Source: Octopus bimaculoides
Lineage: Eukaryota
Direction of reading: 5' to 3'
Length of the DNA stretch: 64,000 nt
NCBI RefSeq assembly: GCF_001194135.2
Contig: NC_068983.1
Span: 59,602,508 to 59,666,507 of the forward strand
Below are positions 13,236 to 25,842 of this stretch, piece after piece; positions within the stretch are counted from its first letter, which is position 1; every line of letters begins with the position of its first letter. Both the position numbers and the translations under genes were made by a program. The notes below the pieces were generated by a model. The model was not told where the DNA came from, did not search any database, and saw nothing but the letters and a program-made list of their open reading frames with translations.

Positions 13236-15349
13236 TTTAAAGGTATCAATATGTAAAAGTTTGAACCGAACATAGCTGAATTGAGCACACTGGCTAGGAA
13301 AGGCTATGGTACTGTCTTCTCTTCCTCATACTAAGTAATAAATGTATATATAGAATTTGTATGGGTATTTATGTATGTGTTTCTGTATGAGATTGATTTA
13401 TATTTCTTAGAATTTGAAATCCAAATAATGTTTATTGTAATATAAAGTTAATTACTTTAATTACTTTATCAAATCAGAAAAGTATATATATATGACTATA
13501 AAACACCTGCCTCAAGGTATTTTAAGTCTATTTGAAGTTCTACACCCAGCTATACCAGAGTGTATGAGAAAAGAACCAGATGTAAAATAGGAAAATTCAA
13601 TTTATATTTCATGAATCAAAAATTAATCAATAAAGTTATACTTTTAAAAGGATTGTCACAATTTGCAAATATCAACAATAATTAAAAATAATTTTGGTAA
13701 TTTATATTCCAAGGAGTAGGTGTCCAAGGAGTGTCAGTCATACATAATTAACTGTTAACCTCTAAGTGACTGACCTTAGCAACTCACATTGTACCATAGA
13801 ACATAATAATATTTTAATTTTGGTTTCTGTTTTATTAGTGTAGATTATATAAAAGTTCCAAGTGTAAACTAATACAAACTCTATTTTAAATCAGCCAGTA
13901 TGTAAGGATATTTCATTTATGAATGCCCTCATTAGTTGCCCTATTCACGTTTTCACATCCATTTTCTTATGTGAGTTCAACATCATCATGCATGCAGGCA
14001 TGCATTAGATGGGATTTGTTGATGTAGATTTTCTATGGCCTGTTGCTATTCCTGTTATCAACTTTCATTGCATCTGTTTCCAAATAAGGTAATACTTTCT
14101 TCTTAACCACATATGGTTTCACAGAAAACTGGAAACAAATAACACTTCTGTGACACTCATGCTGTGAAGACAAGGTGAAACAAGCTTACTCACACACACA
14201 CACACTAACACATATATAATAGGCTTCTTTTAGTTCCTGTCTACCAAATCCACCCACAAGATTTTGGTTGGCTCAGGGCTACAGTATATGACACCTGCCC
14301 AAATTGCTATGCAATGGGACTGAACTCAAAACCATATGGTTGACAAGCAAACTTCCCAATCATGGAGTTTTTTTTATTTCTTAGATTGTATTATAGAATT
14401 CTTTCTGCCTCTCCTCAAGTATCAAGTATTCCTTTTCTTAATAAGTAACCTTACTTGCTCTCATCTTAATGCTTTCTGACCAAGCATCTTTTTCTGTCTT
14501 CTTCTCTCCTCCTATCATTATCATTATTCTTTCTATGCCCCTACTACACAATAAATCTTTGTAACACCTTTCTGATACCTGTAATTTCATCCGTCATCTC
14601 TAGTTTACTTGCAGTTGCCACTGAAGTGACATTTCTACCTATTCAACAGTGATTTCTTATCTGTTTTCTGTTTTACGATTATAAATATACAGTCTCACAT
14701 ACATGACTTATGTCATAATACAATCATCGTATTATAAGGAGAAAGAAATCTTTAACCTCAGCTGTCCATCCATATATTTCCTTCCACTCTTCTTTTTTAC
14801 TTTTTCTTTTCCTTTTTCCTATAGTCATTTTATTTGTTCTTGTGAACAGCATTTATTGACTTCATGAACATTTCACAAGTCTTTCACACTTTTTATCACT
14901 CTTAAAAACCTTCTGCATGATAGTTTCCTGTTCACTAAATGGTATGTATTGTCTCTTCTCTTTAAGTCAATTGTTGTACTTCTTTTTTCTGCTACTTGTC
15001 CATTCTTTCTGTTTTTTCCTGTGTGTGTATGTGTGTGTTTTCCATCACTGTTTTTTTTTTAAACGTATTTTAGGAGACACGGTGAGAAAGAGAGTGAGAG
15101 AGAGCAAGAATTGTTCATCAGTCTTAAGAAAACAAGATGCTAAACTATATCTGTTATCCCTCAGCTGAACAGTCTTATTTTCCTTTCTTGAGATTTTTAT
15201 CATAATTCAACACATTTTGATGTTGTTTAAACATGTTTGGAAATACATCAACTAATTACTCATTCATTATTACCCTATAGAATTTAATTATTTCATTATT
15301 CTTTTTCTTTCTTGGTCTGGTTACAAGTTACAAATACTTTGATTTCATT

Positions 15350-15412
15350 ATATACATACATACATACATACATATATACATACATACATACATACATACA
15401 TACATACATACA

Positions 15413-15445
<33 letters not shown>
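15350..15445. repeat. (TACA)n microsatellite
   Basis: Direct reading. Confidence 0.97.
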
Positions 15446-15447
<2 letters not shown>

Positions 15448-15666
15448 TCATATATTTATATTGCTATCTTTTCACATTATTCTTCATTGTAAACGTTATG
15501 TTTATCATTATATTTTGTTATTTTGCTGTATGTCAGTATTGGATTAATTAGAACTTAATAGTATTAACTAATCTTTGTACTTTAAACAAATTGACAGTAC
15601 ATACTGGAAATATATTAGAAGAAATACATTTAGTATATATCATAATAATGATAAAATATATTTATC

Positions 15667-15669
<3 letters not shown>

Positions 15670-15734
<65 letters not shown>

Positions 15735-15775
15735 TAGATAGATAAATAAATAGATAGATAGATAGATAGATATAG
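15670..15775. repeat. Compound (TA)n(GA)n(GATA)n microsatellite
   Basis: Direct reading. Confidence 0.97.
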
Positions 15776-16001
15776 AGGTACTACTGTATTAAATGAATAT
15801 GAAAAAGACAGGAGATAAAGTACGATTTATTCGTGATCAGAGTTGTGCAAAAACCGATGTTCGACTGTATATAAATATGTGTGTGTGTGTGTGCATGTGT
15901 GTGTGTGTGCATGTGTGTGTGTGTGTGTGTATGTGTGTGCATGTGTGTGTGTGTGGGGTATTTGAGAGCGAGTCTGTGTTACAGTTTGAAGATGCCAAAT
16001 C

Positions 16002-16030
16002 ATATACTGCAAATATGATTTGCAGTATAT
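16002..16030. promoter_or_regulatory. Perfect 13-bp inverted repeat with 3-nt spacer inside a CpG-retaining patch
   Basis: ATATACTGCAAAT-ATG-ATTTGCAGTATAT. Octamer-like CTGCAAAT half-sites. ATTGG (reverse CCAAT) near 16073. Confidence 0.4.
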
Positions 16031-16717
16031 TCATTACAATCGCAAGATGTGAAGTGAAGAGCTGTTATATACATTGGCTGAGATTAACAATCCTGCTGAA
16101 AATTTCTTTTCTTTTCTTTCTTTTGTCTGTTTGTTATTATCGGTAGTTTTTAATTAGTCCTATGGGAAATAAGAATTCCTAGACACTTCAATTATTCTGA
16201 TCGAATATGATATTCTAATGAGATACTTGAATTTGATTTTGTCTTCTATTCACAAAAGTCTGTTGCTCACTTCTCTTAGAAATTGATTTTATTTAATACA
16301 ATTTTTAATGTTTTTTTTCTGTTTATTCAAATAAGAGGGAAATGATTGTAAAACTAGCATATCTATAAAATTATTTACAAAGGAAAATGATTCGGAAGTC
16401 AGACATACAAAGAAGCTAATTTAGTTTGAATATATTTTACAAACATAAATTATACTTATATAATTTATATTTGTAAAGTGTATCATGATTGATACACTTT
16501 CATTGGGTACATTAAAACGCAGGAAATTTCTATTGCAAAAGTGTTTCAGAATCTTCAGAATTAATCTGAGCGCTGAAGGATTAGGGAAGAGCTGTAGTAT
16601 AAGGCATATATTTTGTTTTTTGGTTTTATTATTTTTTTTTACATATATCTAATCCAAACTAAGCATGTCACCTGAAGAACACAAAAAAAACCACAATGAT
16701 AATCAGTATTTTTTTTT

Positions 16718-17122
16718 CTTTTACTTATTTCAATCATTAAATTGTGGCCATGCTGGGATAACTCCTTGAAGAATTTTTAGTCAAATGAATCTCGACCCCA
16801 GGACTTTTTTTTTAAGCCTGGTACTTAATCTATCAGCCACTTTTACTGAACTGCTAAGATACTGAGACACAAACACACCATCAGTCGTCAAACAATATTG
16901 GGGGCCAAACATAGATACACACATGTGCACGCACACACACACACACACGCACACATATATATGACAGGCTTCTCTCAGTTTCTGTCTATCAAATACAGCC
17001 ACAAGATCTTGGCTGGCCCAAGGCTATATTAGAAGACACTTGCCCAAAGTTTCACACAATTTTGGGACTGAACCCAAAACCATGTGGTTTGGAAGCAAAC
17101 TTCTTCCCACACCACCACTGCA
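16718..17122 (-). mobile_element. SINE family A, full length
   Basis: Head, core, central CA tract and 3' tail all present. Confidence 0.85.
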
Positions 17123-17142
17123 AATAGAAGTACTATCTAGTA

Positions 17143-17189
<47 letters not shown>

Positions 17190-17389
17190 CAGATGGGTGC
17201 AAAAGTAGGTATACAGTAAGCATCACATCAATGTTTTAATACTTAATTCGTTAAAATTATTTGCACATTAAATTAGCCTCATTTATCATAACTATACATT
17301 TATCATAACTATAATAATACTTTTACCATAACTTAAATAAATGAGTATTTTCTTTTCTCATAACTGTATACCTACTTTTATACCCTGTT
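17190..17389. mobile_element. ~200-bp Tc1/mariner-type MITE
   Basis: TIR core GGGT..AAAAGTAGGTATACAGT at both ends (inverted). Flanked by TA at 17188-17189 and 17390-17391. No coding capacity. Confidence 0.75.
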
Positions 17390-18599
17390 TATAAACTATA
17401 TAGTAAACTGTAGACAAGCTACAGTGGTTGCAATATTTCATTCAGTTGGACTTAAAACAAACTGACACTTCGACTGAATTTATTATAGAGGATTAACTGT
17501 TAGTGGCTTTACCTCTGAGCCACAAGTTATAAACTGTTGCAATTGTTCATCTGAAATGATAGACAATTCTGGGGGTTCTTTTTTTTTTTGATTTTTTTCC
17601 CTGCTTAATACATACATTCAGCCAGGAAAACAATTTTTCTTTTACTAGACAATAGATTCATAACCACCTGTGAAGAAAGTAGATTTTTTATGTTTTATAA
17701 GCAAATTGATGCAGAATAGTAAGTAATATTAGAGTGTTTTTTTGTGAAATGGGCAGTAGATAATTTCAGGATGCTTAATGTAAATTTTTGCAACAGGCAT
17801 AGGTATGGCTGCGTGGTTAAGGTGTTTGCTTCATAAATGTATAGTTTCAAGTTCAATCCTACTGTGTAGCAGCTTGGCACAACCAAAGCCTTGTGAGTGG
17901 ACTTGGTAGATAAAAACTGAAAGAAGCTCATCATATACTTGTGTGCACATGTATGTATGTGTATGTGAATATATATACATACATATATATATATATGTAT
18001 ATNNNNNNNNNNNNNNNNNNNNNNNNNNNNNNNNNNNNNNNNNNNNNNNNNNNNNNNNNNNNNNNNNNNNNNNNNNNNNNNNNNNNNNNNNNNNNNNNNN
18101 NNNNNNNNNNNNNNNNNNNNNNNNNNNNNNNNNNNNNNNNNNNNNNNNNNNNNNNNNNNNNNNNNNNNNNNNNNNNNNNNNNNNNNNNNNNNNNNNNNNN
18201 NNTATATATAAAAGCATTTTGGCTGTTATTTCCAGCAGGTAGACATACTTAGTATATCCTTTGATTAATTTTATTCCTTCAGCTATTTAATGCTCTTTTT
18301 TGGGCCTGCAATCACTTATATTATTGATTCTGTTATTATCATTTTTAAATTGTTACACTAGATAATAACAGAGTCAATGGTATCTTTGCAAATTATTTTT
18401 CATGCATTATTTTTTCTCGTGAATTATTTGCTCCATATTGATATATATTTATTTATTTATTTAGGGAATATGAGAGTGTGATGAAGTGGTTTATCCATTA
18501 CTATGAGATTAATTCATTATTATATTTCTATTCATTAAGTTATTATAGAGAAGATGATGTATTTTAACCATTGATATGTAGAACAAAATTAAGTAACAT

Positions 18600-18632
<33 letters not shown>

Positions 18633-18664
18633 ATACTGATGATGATGATAATGATAATATAATT

Positions 18665-18925
18665 TGGAGCAGGTAAACAGTAAAGGCTGTGCCTATAATA
18701 ATTGAGGTGTTGGAAACTGTAAGCAAAGAAATAGACAAATGGCTGGAGAAGATTGGAATAGAATGCCCTGTAGAGCTCCTGCAAAAAGTTTGTCTCTTAC
18801 AAACAACAAGGATTATCAGGAGGATTCTAAGCACTTGAAAGACAGCTGAAAACTTGTGGATACCTAAGGTTAGAAGTACCCACTGCCCACATAAATCTTA
18901 CCAGGAATAAGACCAAACCAAAATA
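18665..18925 (+). mobile_element. R4/Dong-clade RLE non-LTR retrotransposon 3' fragment
   Basis: W...KAVPIIIEVLETVSKEIDKWLEKIGIECPVELLQKVCLLQTTRIIRRILST* (stop 18836-18838), the typical R4-clade C-terminus. Lies between a TAG/TGA/TAA tract and AATAATAAT. Confidence 0.8.
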
Positions 18926-19363
18926 ATAATAGGCACCTTAGGGATGATAGCAAAAGGGAATGATTGTTCATTATCTCAGATACTAGGAAATCCAAAATTG
19001 GAAGAAATTCAAAAAAATGCTCATGGGAACTGCTCATTTCCTAAGAATAATATTGTCTATGTGATTCCAAAAACGTTTCAATCTGTGAACATTATCAAAA
19101 GTACTTTTAACTATACATAATAGCAAACACCTTTTGCTGTCATCTTAAGATCACACGATCATCTTTCCATCAAATTACCTTTAAAACAAACTTTTAATTT
19201 TCTTATGTTTTAACAGACACTCTCATGAACAATACTATATGCAAAACCAAAACTATGGTACCCTAGTCATTATACCGACTTAAACTTCTAACTTGTTTGT
19301 CTCTTAAGGTTTCTTGATGAGACCTGGAGTCAACTTGTACAAATACAAAGCAAAAGCCAAACA

Positions 19364-19413
<50 letters not shown>

Positions 19414-19414
<1 letters not shown>

Positions 19415-19640
19415 TTGGAAACAATATCAGAAGGCATCAAGGGGAATATAAAGGAAATTGGAATAGAGTGCCCAGTAGAACTGTTACAAAAGGTTTGCCT
19501 CCTTGGCATGGCCAGAATAATCAGGAAAGTATTTGATAGCTGAAAAGAATGGATAGCATGGTATCCTAGGCTGCAAGTAGTAAGCTCGCTATGCATGTAG
19601 GACTCCAGGAGCTCCAACAAAACCTGGGATAAAGATAAAC
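19414..19640 (+). mobile_element. Second R4/Dong-clade 3' fragment embedded in (TAA)n
   Basis: LETISEGIKGNIKEIGIECPVELLQKVCLLGMARIIRKVFDS* (stop 19541-19543). (TAA)n on both flanks. Confidence 0.82.
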
Positions 19641-19674
<34 letters not shown>

Positions 19675-20593
19675 TATAACATGAGTCTCATATTATATAC
19701 AAAATGCATTTCTTTTTCTGATACACTTCTAATATCCAATATCAATTAGTTTAGTTGAAGTACTCATTATCATCATCATTTAACATCCATCTTCCATGCT
19801 AGCATGTGTTAGACAGTTTGATAGGAGCTGACATGCCAAAGGATTGCACCAAGCTCCACTGTCTATTTTGGCATGGTTCTCATGGTTAGCTACCCTCCCT
19901 AATGTCAACCATTTTGCAGAGTAAATTTGTTACTTTTCATGCTATCAAATTCTGTTTAATCTTATCCTAACATGTAACAATATAAGTTGAACAAGTTTTA
20001 GAAATGATAAGTTCTTTCTGCTGATGACTAGTAAATTGAATAATTTTCATATTAGAATTTATAAATATCAGTTATTTGGGTGTTCTCTGACTTGGCACTT
20101 AATGTTATTTACTATTTTATTGTTAAAATAGTGCTCACCTTTTAATATAGGTTCTGATCAACAAATTAATACAGCTTGTGATATTGAAAATATATCAGAT
20201 ATTAAATAAAATAAGTTATACATGAGTGGTAAATTCTACTTTTGGAAAATACACTTTATTTTTAGTTGGATGTGTTTTTCCACAAAATGTTTAATAATAA
20301 GAATTGATGTACAAATAGTTTCTCTATAAACAAAGATATTAAATTTCCACAAGAGAAAAAAGAAACACGGGAAGATTATTATTTTGGTATTATTTTTATT
20401 TTGCTTTTGTTATAACAATATTGTCTATATCTTCATTGTCTGAATATGTTTAAGTGTATTGAGAAATATATTCATTCAGTCTGTCGAACTACACACTTCT
20501 CATTTTCAAATCAATGGAACATGTGTGGATTTGAAAAGAAAAACGTCATATTGCACTTTTAACCTTCATGTTTATGAAATTACATATATATAA

Positions 20594-20641
<48 letters not shown>

Positions 20642-20784
20642 TTATACATCTTTATGTTTGACTATAAGTAAATTTACATAGACATTCACACACACACACA
20701 CACACATTGTGTTGAGCCTCATGGAAGGAATGACAAAGGTCCAAGATGATTAGCAATTTGCTGTGCCAGAGAAAGCCTCTACCT

Positions 20785-20816
<32 letters not shown>

Positions 20817-21384
20817 ACATACTCTCATATGTGCACACACACACACACACCTGTATTCATGTATGCTGTTATATAAATTTACAAATACTTTAGCTTGTAA
20901 TAATATGTATGTAAATATAATTAAGTCCATATACATGCACCATTCTATTAAGCTGAAATTTTCTTTTAGTTGCTTTCAAAATCTCATTTTCTTATTTTTC
21001 AACTGAAGATTGTTCCTAATTAAGTTCACATGCCAAAGTCTACAGCTAAATTGTGTTTAAACTATATCCTAGCATAGCAGTATCTGCATCAAGTCTAACT
21101 ATACACGAATTTTAGTGTTCTTGAATATGTCTGTTAATGACATTTATATATTTCTTGTGTATCATTATATATTTAATGTGGACATCTACAATTTTTACGA
21201 TGATGGAAATATATAGGATTGCCAGCATCATGTTCATAATCAGTGAGAAATAGGATTGTTACCCAACACTTGTAGGTTAATATTTACATTCATTAACCTT
21301 ACCAAATACAAATCTATCAGATCTATCAAAAATATCAACATTACATTGGTATACATAACACCTGATTTAGCCATACAAGACACT

Positions 21385-22045
21385 CTTTTACTCTTTTACT
21401 CTTTGACTGTGGCCATGCTGGAGCACCGCTTTTAGTCGAGCAAATCGACTCCAGGACTTATTCTTTAGAAGCCTAGTACTTATTCTATCGATCTCTTTTG
21501 CCGAACCGCTAAGTTACGGGGACATAAACACACCAGCATCGGTTGTCAAGCGATGTTGAGGGGACAAACACACACATACATATATATATATACATATATA
21601 CGACGGGCTTCTTTCAGTTTCCGTCTACCAAATCCACTCACAAGGCTTTGGTCGGCCCGAGGCTATAGTAGAAGACACTTGCCCAAGATGCCACCCAGTG
21701 GGACTGAACCCNNNNNNNNNNNNNNNNNNNNNNNNNNNNNNNNNNNNNNNNNNNNNNNNNNNNNNNNNNNNNNNNNNNNNNNNNNNNNNNNNNNNNNNNN
21801 NNNNNNNNNNNNNNNNNNNNNNNNNNNNNNNNNNNNNNNNNNNNNNNNNNNNNNNNNNNNNNNNNNNNNNNNNNNNNNNNNNNNNNNNNNNNNNNNNNNN
21901 NNNNNNNNNNNNNNNNNNNNNNNNNNNAATGACTATCATTATTATACAGTCTTCTAGCACACTTGCCCAAGATGCCACGCAGTGGGACTGAACCCGGGAC
22001 CATGTGGTTGGTAAGCTAGCTACTTACCTCACAGCCACTCCTACG
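21385..22045 (-). mobile_element. Young SINE family A copy split by an assembly gap
   Basis: CpG-rich, little-decayed copy at 21385-21711. Head repeated at 21960-22045 after N gap 21712-21927. Confidence 0.85.
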
Positions 22046-22079
22046 CTTGTACGCCTCTGAACGTACAAAATAAATTATG

Positions 22080-22126
<47 letters not shown>

Positions 22127-23581
22127 ATACATGTAAAAGGTGTAACATGTATACAAATATAGAAATAACATGAAAATGTATAATATATTGTGTAGTCATA
22201 TAGGAAAACTAATGTGGTCAAGTATAATGACTATCATTATTATACAGTCTTCTAGCATAGATTCCTACAGCAAGTTCCTTAGTCATACGTATTACTTTTG
22301 TATTGTGGCCAGACAAGGCAGCTGCTATGACTATAGATATTTTTATAGAATGATGGTATATTTTAGTATGGTCATGTGGTGTTGATAAAGGGTTACTAGC
22401 AGCCCTTTATGAACATGATAGACCACACCACCATGTTTTGCTTATTGTAGTGTCTTACATGTCTGCAAGGAGTAAAAAGATACTAGAAACCATCTTCATT
22501 GAAAATAAGCATAATTTCCATATTTCAAGAGATGCCTGATTGGACAATTACACACTCTGATTGTCTTCTAGCTTCTCTATTCACATTTTTTTAAGACTTT
22601 TTTGTTTTATTTTGGTTTCTAATTTTAATTTTTATTATGATAGCAACTCAAATATTCTAGCGTTTCAAATGAAAAATAGTTATTTGATTTTTATTTATTT
22701 TCAACAACAGAAACCATAGTAGAGGAAAGTTTGATTAGAAATAAAACAAAAAAAGCTGTAGAAAAAAAATTCAATTTTTAAATATTTTGCTTTCTTTATA
22801 TGATATTTCTCAAAACTGCAATTTTTCTCTTTCACTCTTAATTTTTAAAAGATGAATAATTCTATAGTTTTGGGCTAAATTCCGTGGCAATTAAATTGTT
22901 TTAACTTTTTATAAAAGCGTTTCTCTCTCCTTAATCAATTTCAAAACAACTATATCAATAAATCATGGCTCTTGCATTGAAACAATAGAAAAACAACAAC
23001 TTATCAAGAATAGTGTGTTGGTAAAACATTTCCTTAGAGCACTTGTTATTGAATTTCATCTTAGAATATGAATACTGACTACAGAAGAAAAAGTAAACAC
23101 AATAATCACATTTTTACTTTTGTGTTTGTATTTTTTAACATAAAAATTTGAATGCAACCCAGTGTCATAGAATTCACACTATTTGATGCATTTAACAATC
23201 AAGAAGAGAGAAATCATGTATTTCTATAACAAATATTGTTCACTTGTCTTATTGGCAAGATTTTTTTTTTTATTGCTAAGTTATAATTTTTACTGAAATT
23301 ATAAATGCTAGCATCAATACTACTGCCTGAAAGAGGTTGATACAGAGTATATTATTATATGGCATGAATGAATTACACCTCTAGAATTTTTAACCTCTAA
23401 TACTTGAAACTAAAACAAAAAAACAAAAAACCAAGTTCCAATTATTGTTTCACATTTCACTCTTTATTTCCTTATTTCATACTGCCATTGGTGAACAAAA
23501 GTATTGTTAGTTATAGGTTTCCAATGAATGAATCATTGGTTCATTGCATTGCCAAGAGTAAGAAACTCTGTAAATCGAAAC

Positions 23582-23642
23582 AGAACAACTGGACAAGTGA
23601 TGCCTTCAGCTTTGTTTAGAGGCATCACTTGTCCAGTTTTCT
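23582..23642. ncRNA. Candidate pre-miRNA-sized hairpin
   Basis: Perfect 19-bp stem AACTGGACAAGTGATGCCT (23587-23605) / AGGCATCACTTGTCCAGTT (23620-23638), 14-nt loop, bulged basal extension. No expression evidence. Confidence 0.3.
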
Positions 23643-23819
23643 TTATAATATTCACATTTTTCAACATTATATATTGTCAGAAGTTACCTACGTACAAACA
23701 CACAATATATATATATGGACAAATATACTTGTATGTGTGTGTATGGACATGTATTGATATACATATATATCTGCATATATATATGTAAACATGTTTATGC
23801 ATGTATGTATGTATGTATG

Positions 23820-23858
<39 letters not shown>

Positions 23859-23868
23859 NNNNNNNNNN

Positions 23869-24070
23869 CAATCTGGTCAGGCAGAGTTTCTACAGCTGGA
23901 TGCCCCTCCTAACACCAACCACTCCAAGAGTGTAGTGGGTGCTTTTTACATGCCACCAGCACAGGAGCCAGTCAAGGGTTATTACTGGTATCGGTCATGA
24001 TTGGTTGGTGCTTTTTATGTGCCACTGGCACACGAGCCAGTCAAGTGAACCTGGCATTGACCACATTCGG
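23869..24070 (-). mobile_element. Family C retroposon fragment
   Basis: GCAGAGTTTCTACAGCTGGATGCCC...GTGCTTTTTACATGCCACCAGCAC units. Confidence 0.8.
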
Positions 24071-24157
24071 AATAATTACTGTGAAACATTGTGTAGAATA
24101 TATTGTATAAAGCATCATGAGTAAGGACAAAACAATGCGAAGTAAATGCAAGGCAAA

Positions 24158-24309
24158 TCACAAGAAAACTAATATGTGAATTAATGTAGACTTACCTTGT
24201 ATTCAATATTTCAGGATTATGACTCCATTTTCAAGAAAATGAGCTCATAACATCGAAATATTGAATACAAGGTAAGTCTACATTAATTCACATATTTGCT
24301 TTCTTGTGA
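24158..24309. repeat. ~152-bp near-perfect palindrome
   Basis: Outer arms 24158-24212 and 24255-24309 differ at 2 of 55 positions. Inner TTATGA..CATTTTC-AA-GAAAATG..TCATAA also pairs. Confidence 0.92.
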
Positions 24310-24560
24310 ATTAATTGTCTGGTTACTTGGGAGAAGCTCATAGTACAGAATTCTTTTCCAATCCCACCAGACACAAAGCAAGACCTTTTTAGGGTGAAGA
24401 TCCGCTTTTGGGGTGGCTAAGGGTGACTCATGTCGCTTACTCCAGGATCGCTTTCTCTGAACATTTCGGTAGATAATCCATTTCTCATTACCTGTCACAA
24501 TTTGCATTAAAAAAGGAGCGTTTTCATTCTGTTTATAAAGTGAATCCCAGATGGAAATGC
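24310..24560 (-). mobile_element. Internal fragment of a DD34D mariner (same family as 40833-42113)
   Basis: QIVTGNEKWIIYRNVQRKRSWSKRHESPLATPKADLHPKKVLLCVWWDWKRILYYELLPSNQTINS. Aligns by eye to about 41300-41545. Confidence 0.9.
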
Positions 24561-25164
24561 GATGATGATGATGATGTATATAATTGTTACTAAATGTGAC
24601 CAGTTTGTTAGAACACCCAAAACACTGGTCAAGTATACAGTCCCTGTCAGTACATATGCATGCAATTAGGTGCTTTAACTATAGCATTAGAGCTTTTTAG
24701 CTCGTATTTCTAGCAATGTAGGTATTCTAACACCCTAGTCACATTTAATGACAATTATAGTTTTCCTTTTTGGTAAAACATTGCTCACTGCTGTCTATAT
24801 TAAATTATTATGTAGTAATAACTTAAGTGGTTTGTAGTCCATCTGGCATCTATTTCTTGTGTTCAAATGTTGTCAATTTAGTGTCCTTTATCATAATTAT
24901 ATTTTATAATTATACTTAGAAATAAATTAACCAATATGGTCCTGTTAGTATGTTGGCCACTGATAAATCATTAAATAATGACTTTATCCTAATTATGTAT
25001 AAATATATATATATATATTTGAAAAACCTACACGACTAGGTGAAAAGCGTTTCATTTAATATGTGACATTAATAAAAATCTGTAAATGTACAAACATCCA
25101 GGTTTCTGAGTACCTTAATTAAAATTTTTTTCTATATAATTTCTGTACATCACCTCCAAACCTT

Positions 25165-25204
<40 letters not shown>

Positions 25205-25214
25205 CATCCTCATC

Positions 25215-25842
25215 ATCATCATCATCATCATCATCATCGGTTAATGTCCGCTTTCCATGCTAGCATGGGTTGGACGATATGACTGAGGACTGGTGAAAAC
25301 CAGATGGTTAAACCAGGCTCCAATATGATTTGGCAGAGTTTCTACAGCTGGATGCCCTTCTTAACGCCAACCACCCAAAGAGTGTAGTGGGTGCTTTTAC
25401 GTGCCACCGGCACGAAGGCCAGTCAAAGAGTACTGGCAACGGCCATGCTCGAAATGGTGTTTTTTAAATGCCATCTGCACAGGAGCAAGTCCAGTGGGAC
25501 TGGCAACGAACTCACTCGAATGTCTTTTCACGTGCCACTGGCACAAGTGCCAGGAAGGCGACGTTGGTAACGGTCACCCTCAAATGGTACTATTTACAGT
25601 CCACCAGCATGAAGCCAGGCAGCTGGTGCTCTGGCAACGATCACGCTCGGACAGTGCTCTTAGTGAGTTACTGGTACTGGTGCCATCACGATTTCACTTT
25701 CGCTTGCCCCAACAGGTCTTCGCAAGCCGAGTTTAGTGTTCAATGAAGACGTTGGCATGGGTGCCAGTCTACAAATTTAGTTTGATTTCGATTTCGATTT
25801 CACTTGCCTCAACAGGTCTTTGCAAGCGGAGTTTAGTATCCA
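25215..25842 (-). mobile_element. Family C retroposon / RTE 3' tail with several internal tandem units
   Basis: (CAT)n tail, CCATGCTAGCATGGGTTGGACG, repeated GTGCTTTTACGTGCCACCGGCAC-like units. Runs into N gap. Confidence 0.85.

Noticed and set aside
21990-22045. tRNA-like A/B-box sequences
   Set aside because: These are SINE heads here and elsewhere in the window. No complete cloverleaf or anticodon arm is supportable.
21676-22257. 36-bp SINE segment and 32-bp unique segment (21928-21959 = 22226-22257) duplicated around an N gap
   Set aside because: The duplications abut the gap, so a mis-join or uncollapsed haplotype is more likely than biology.
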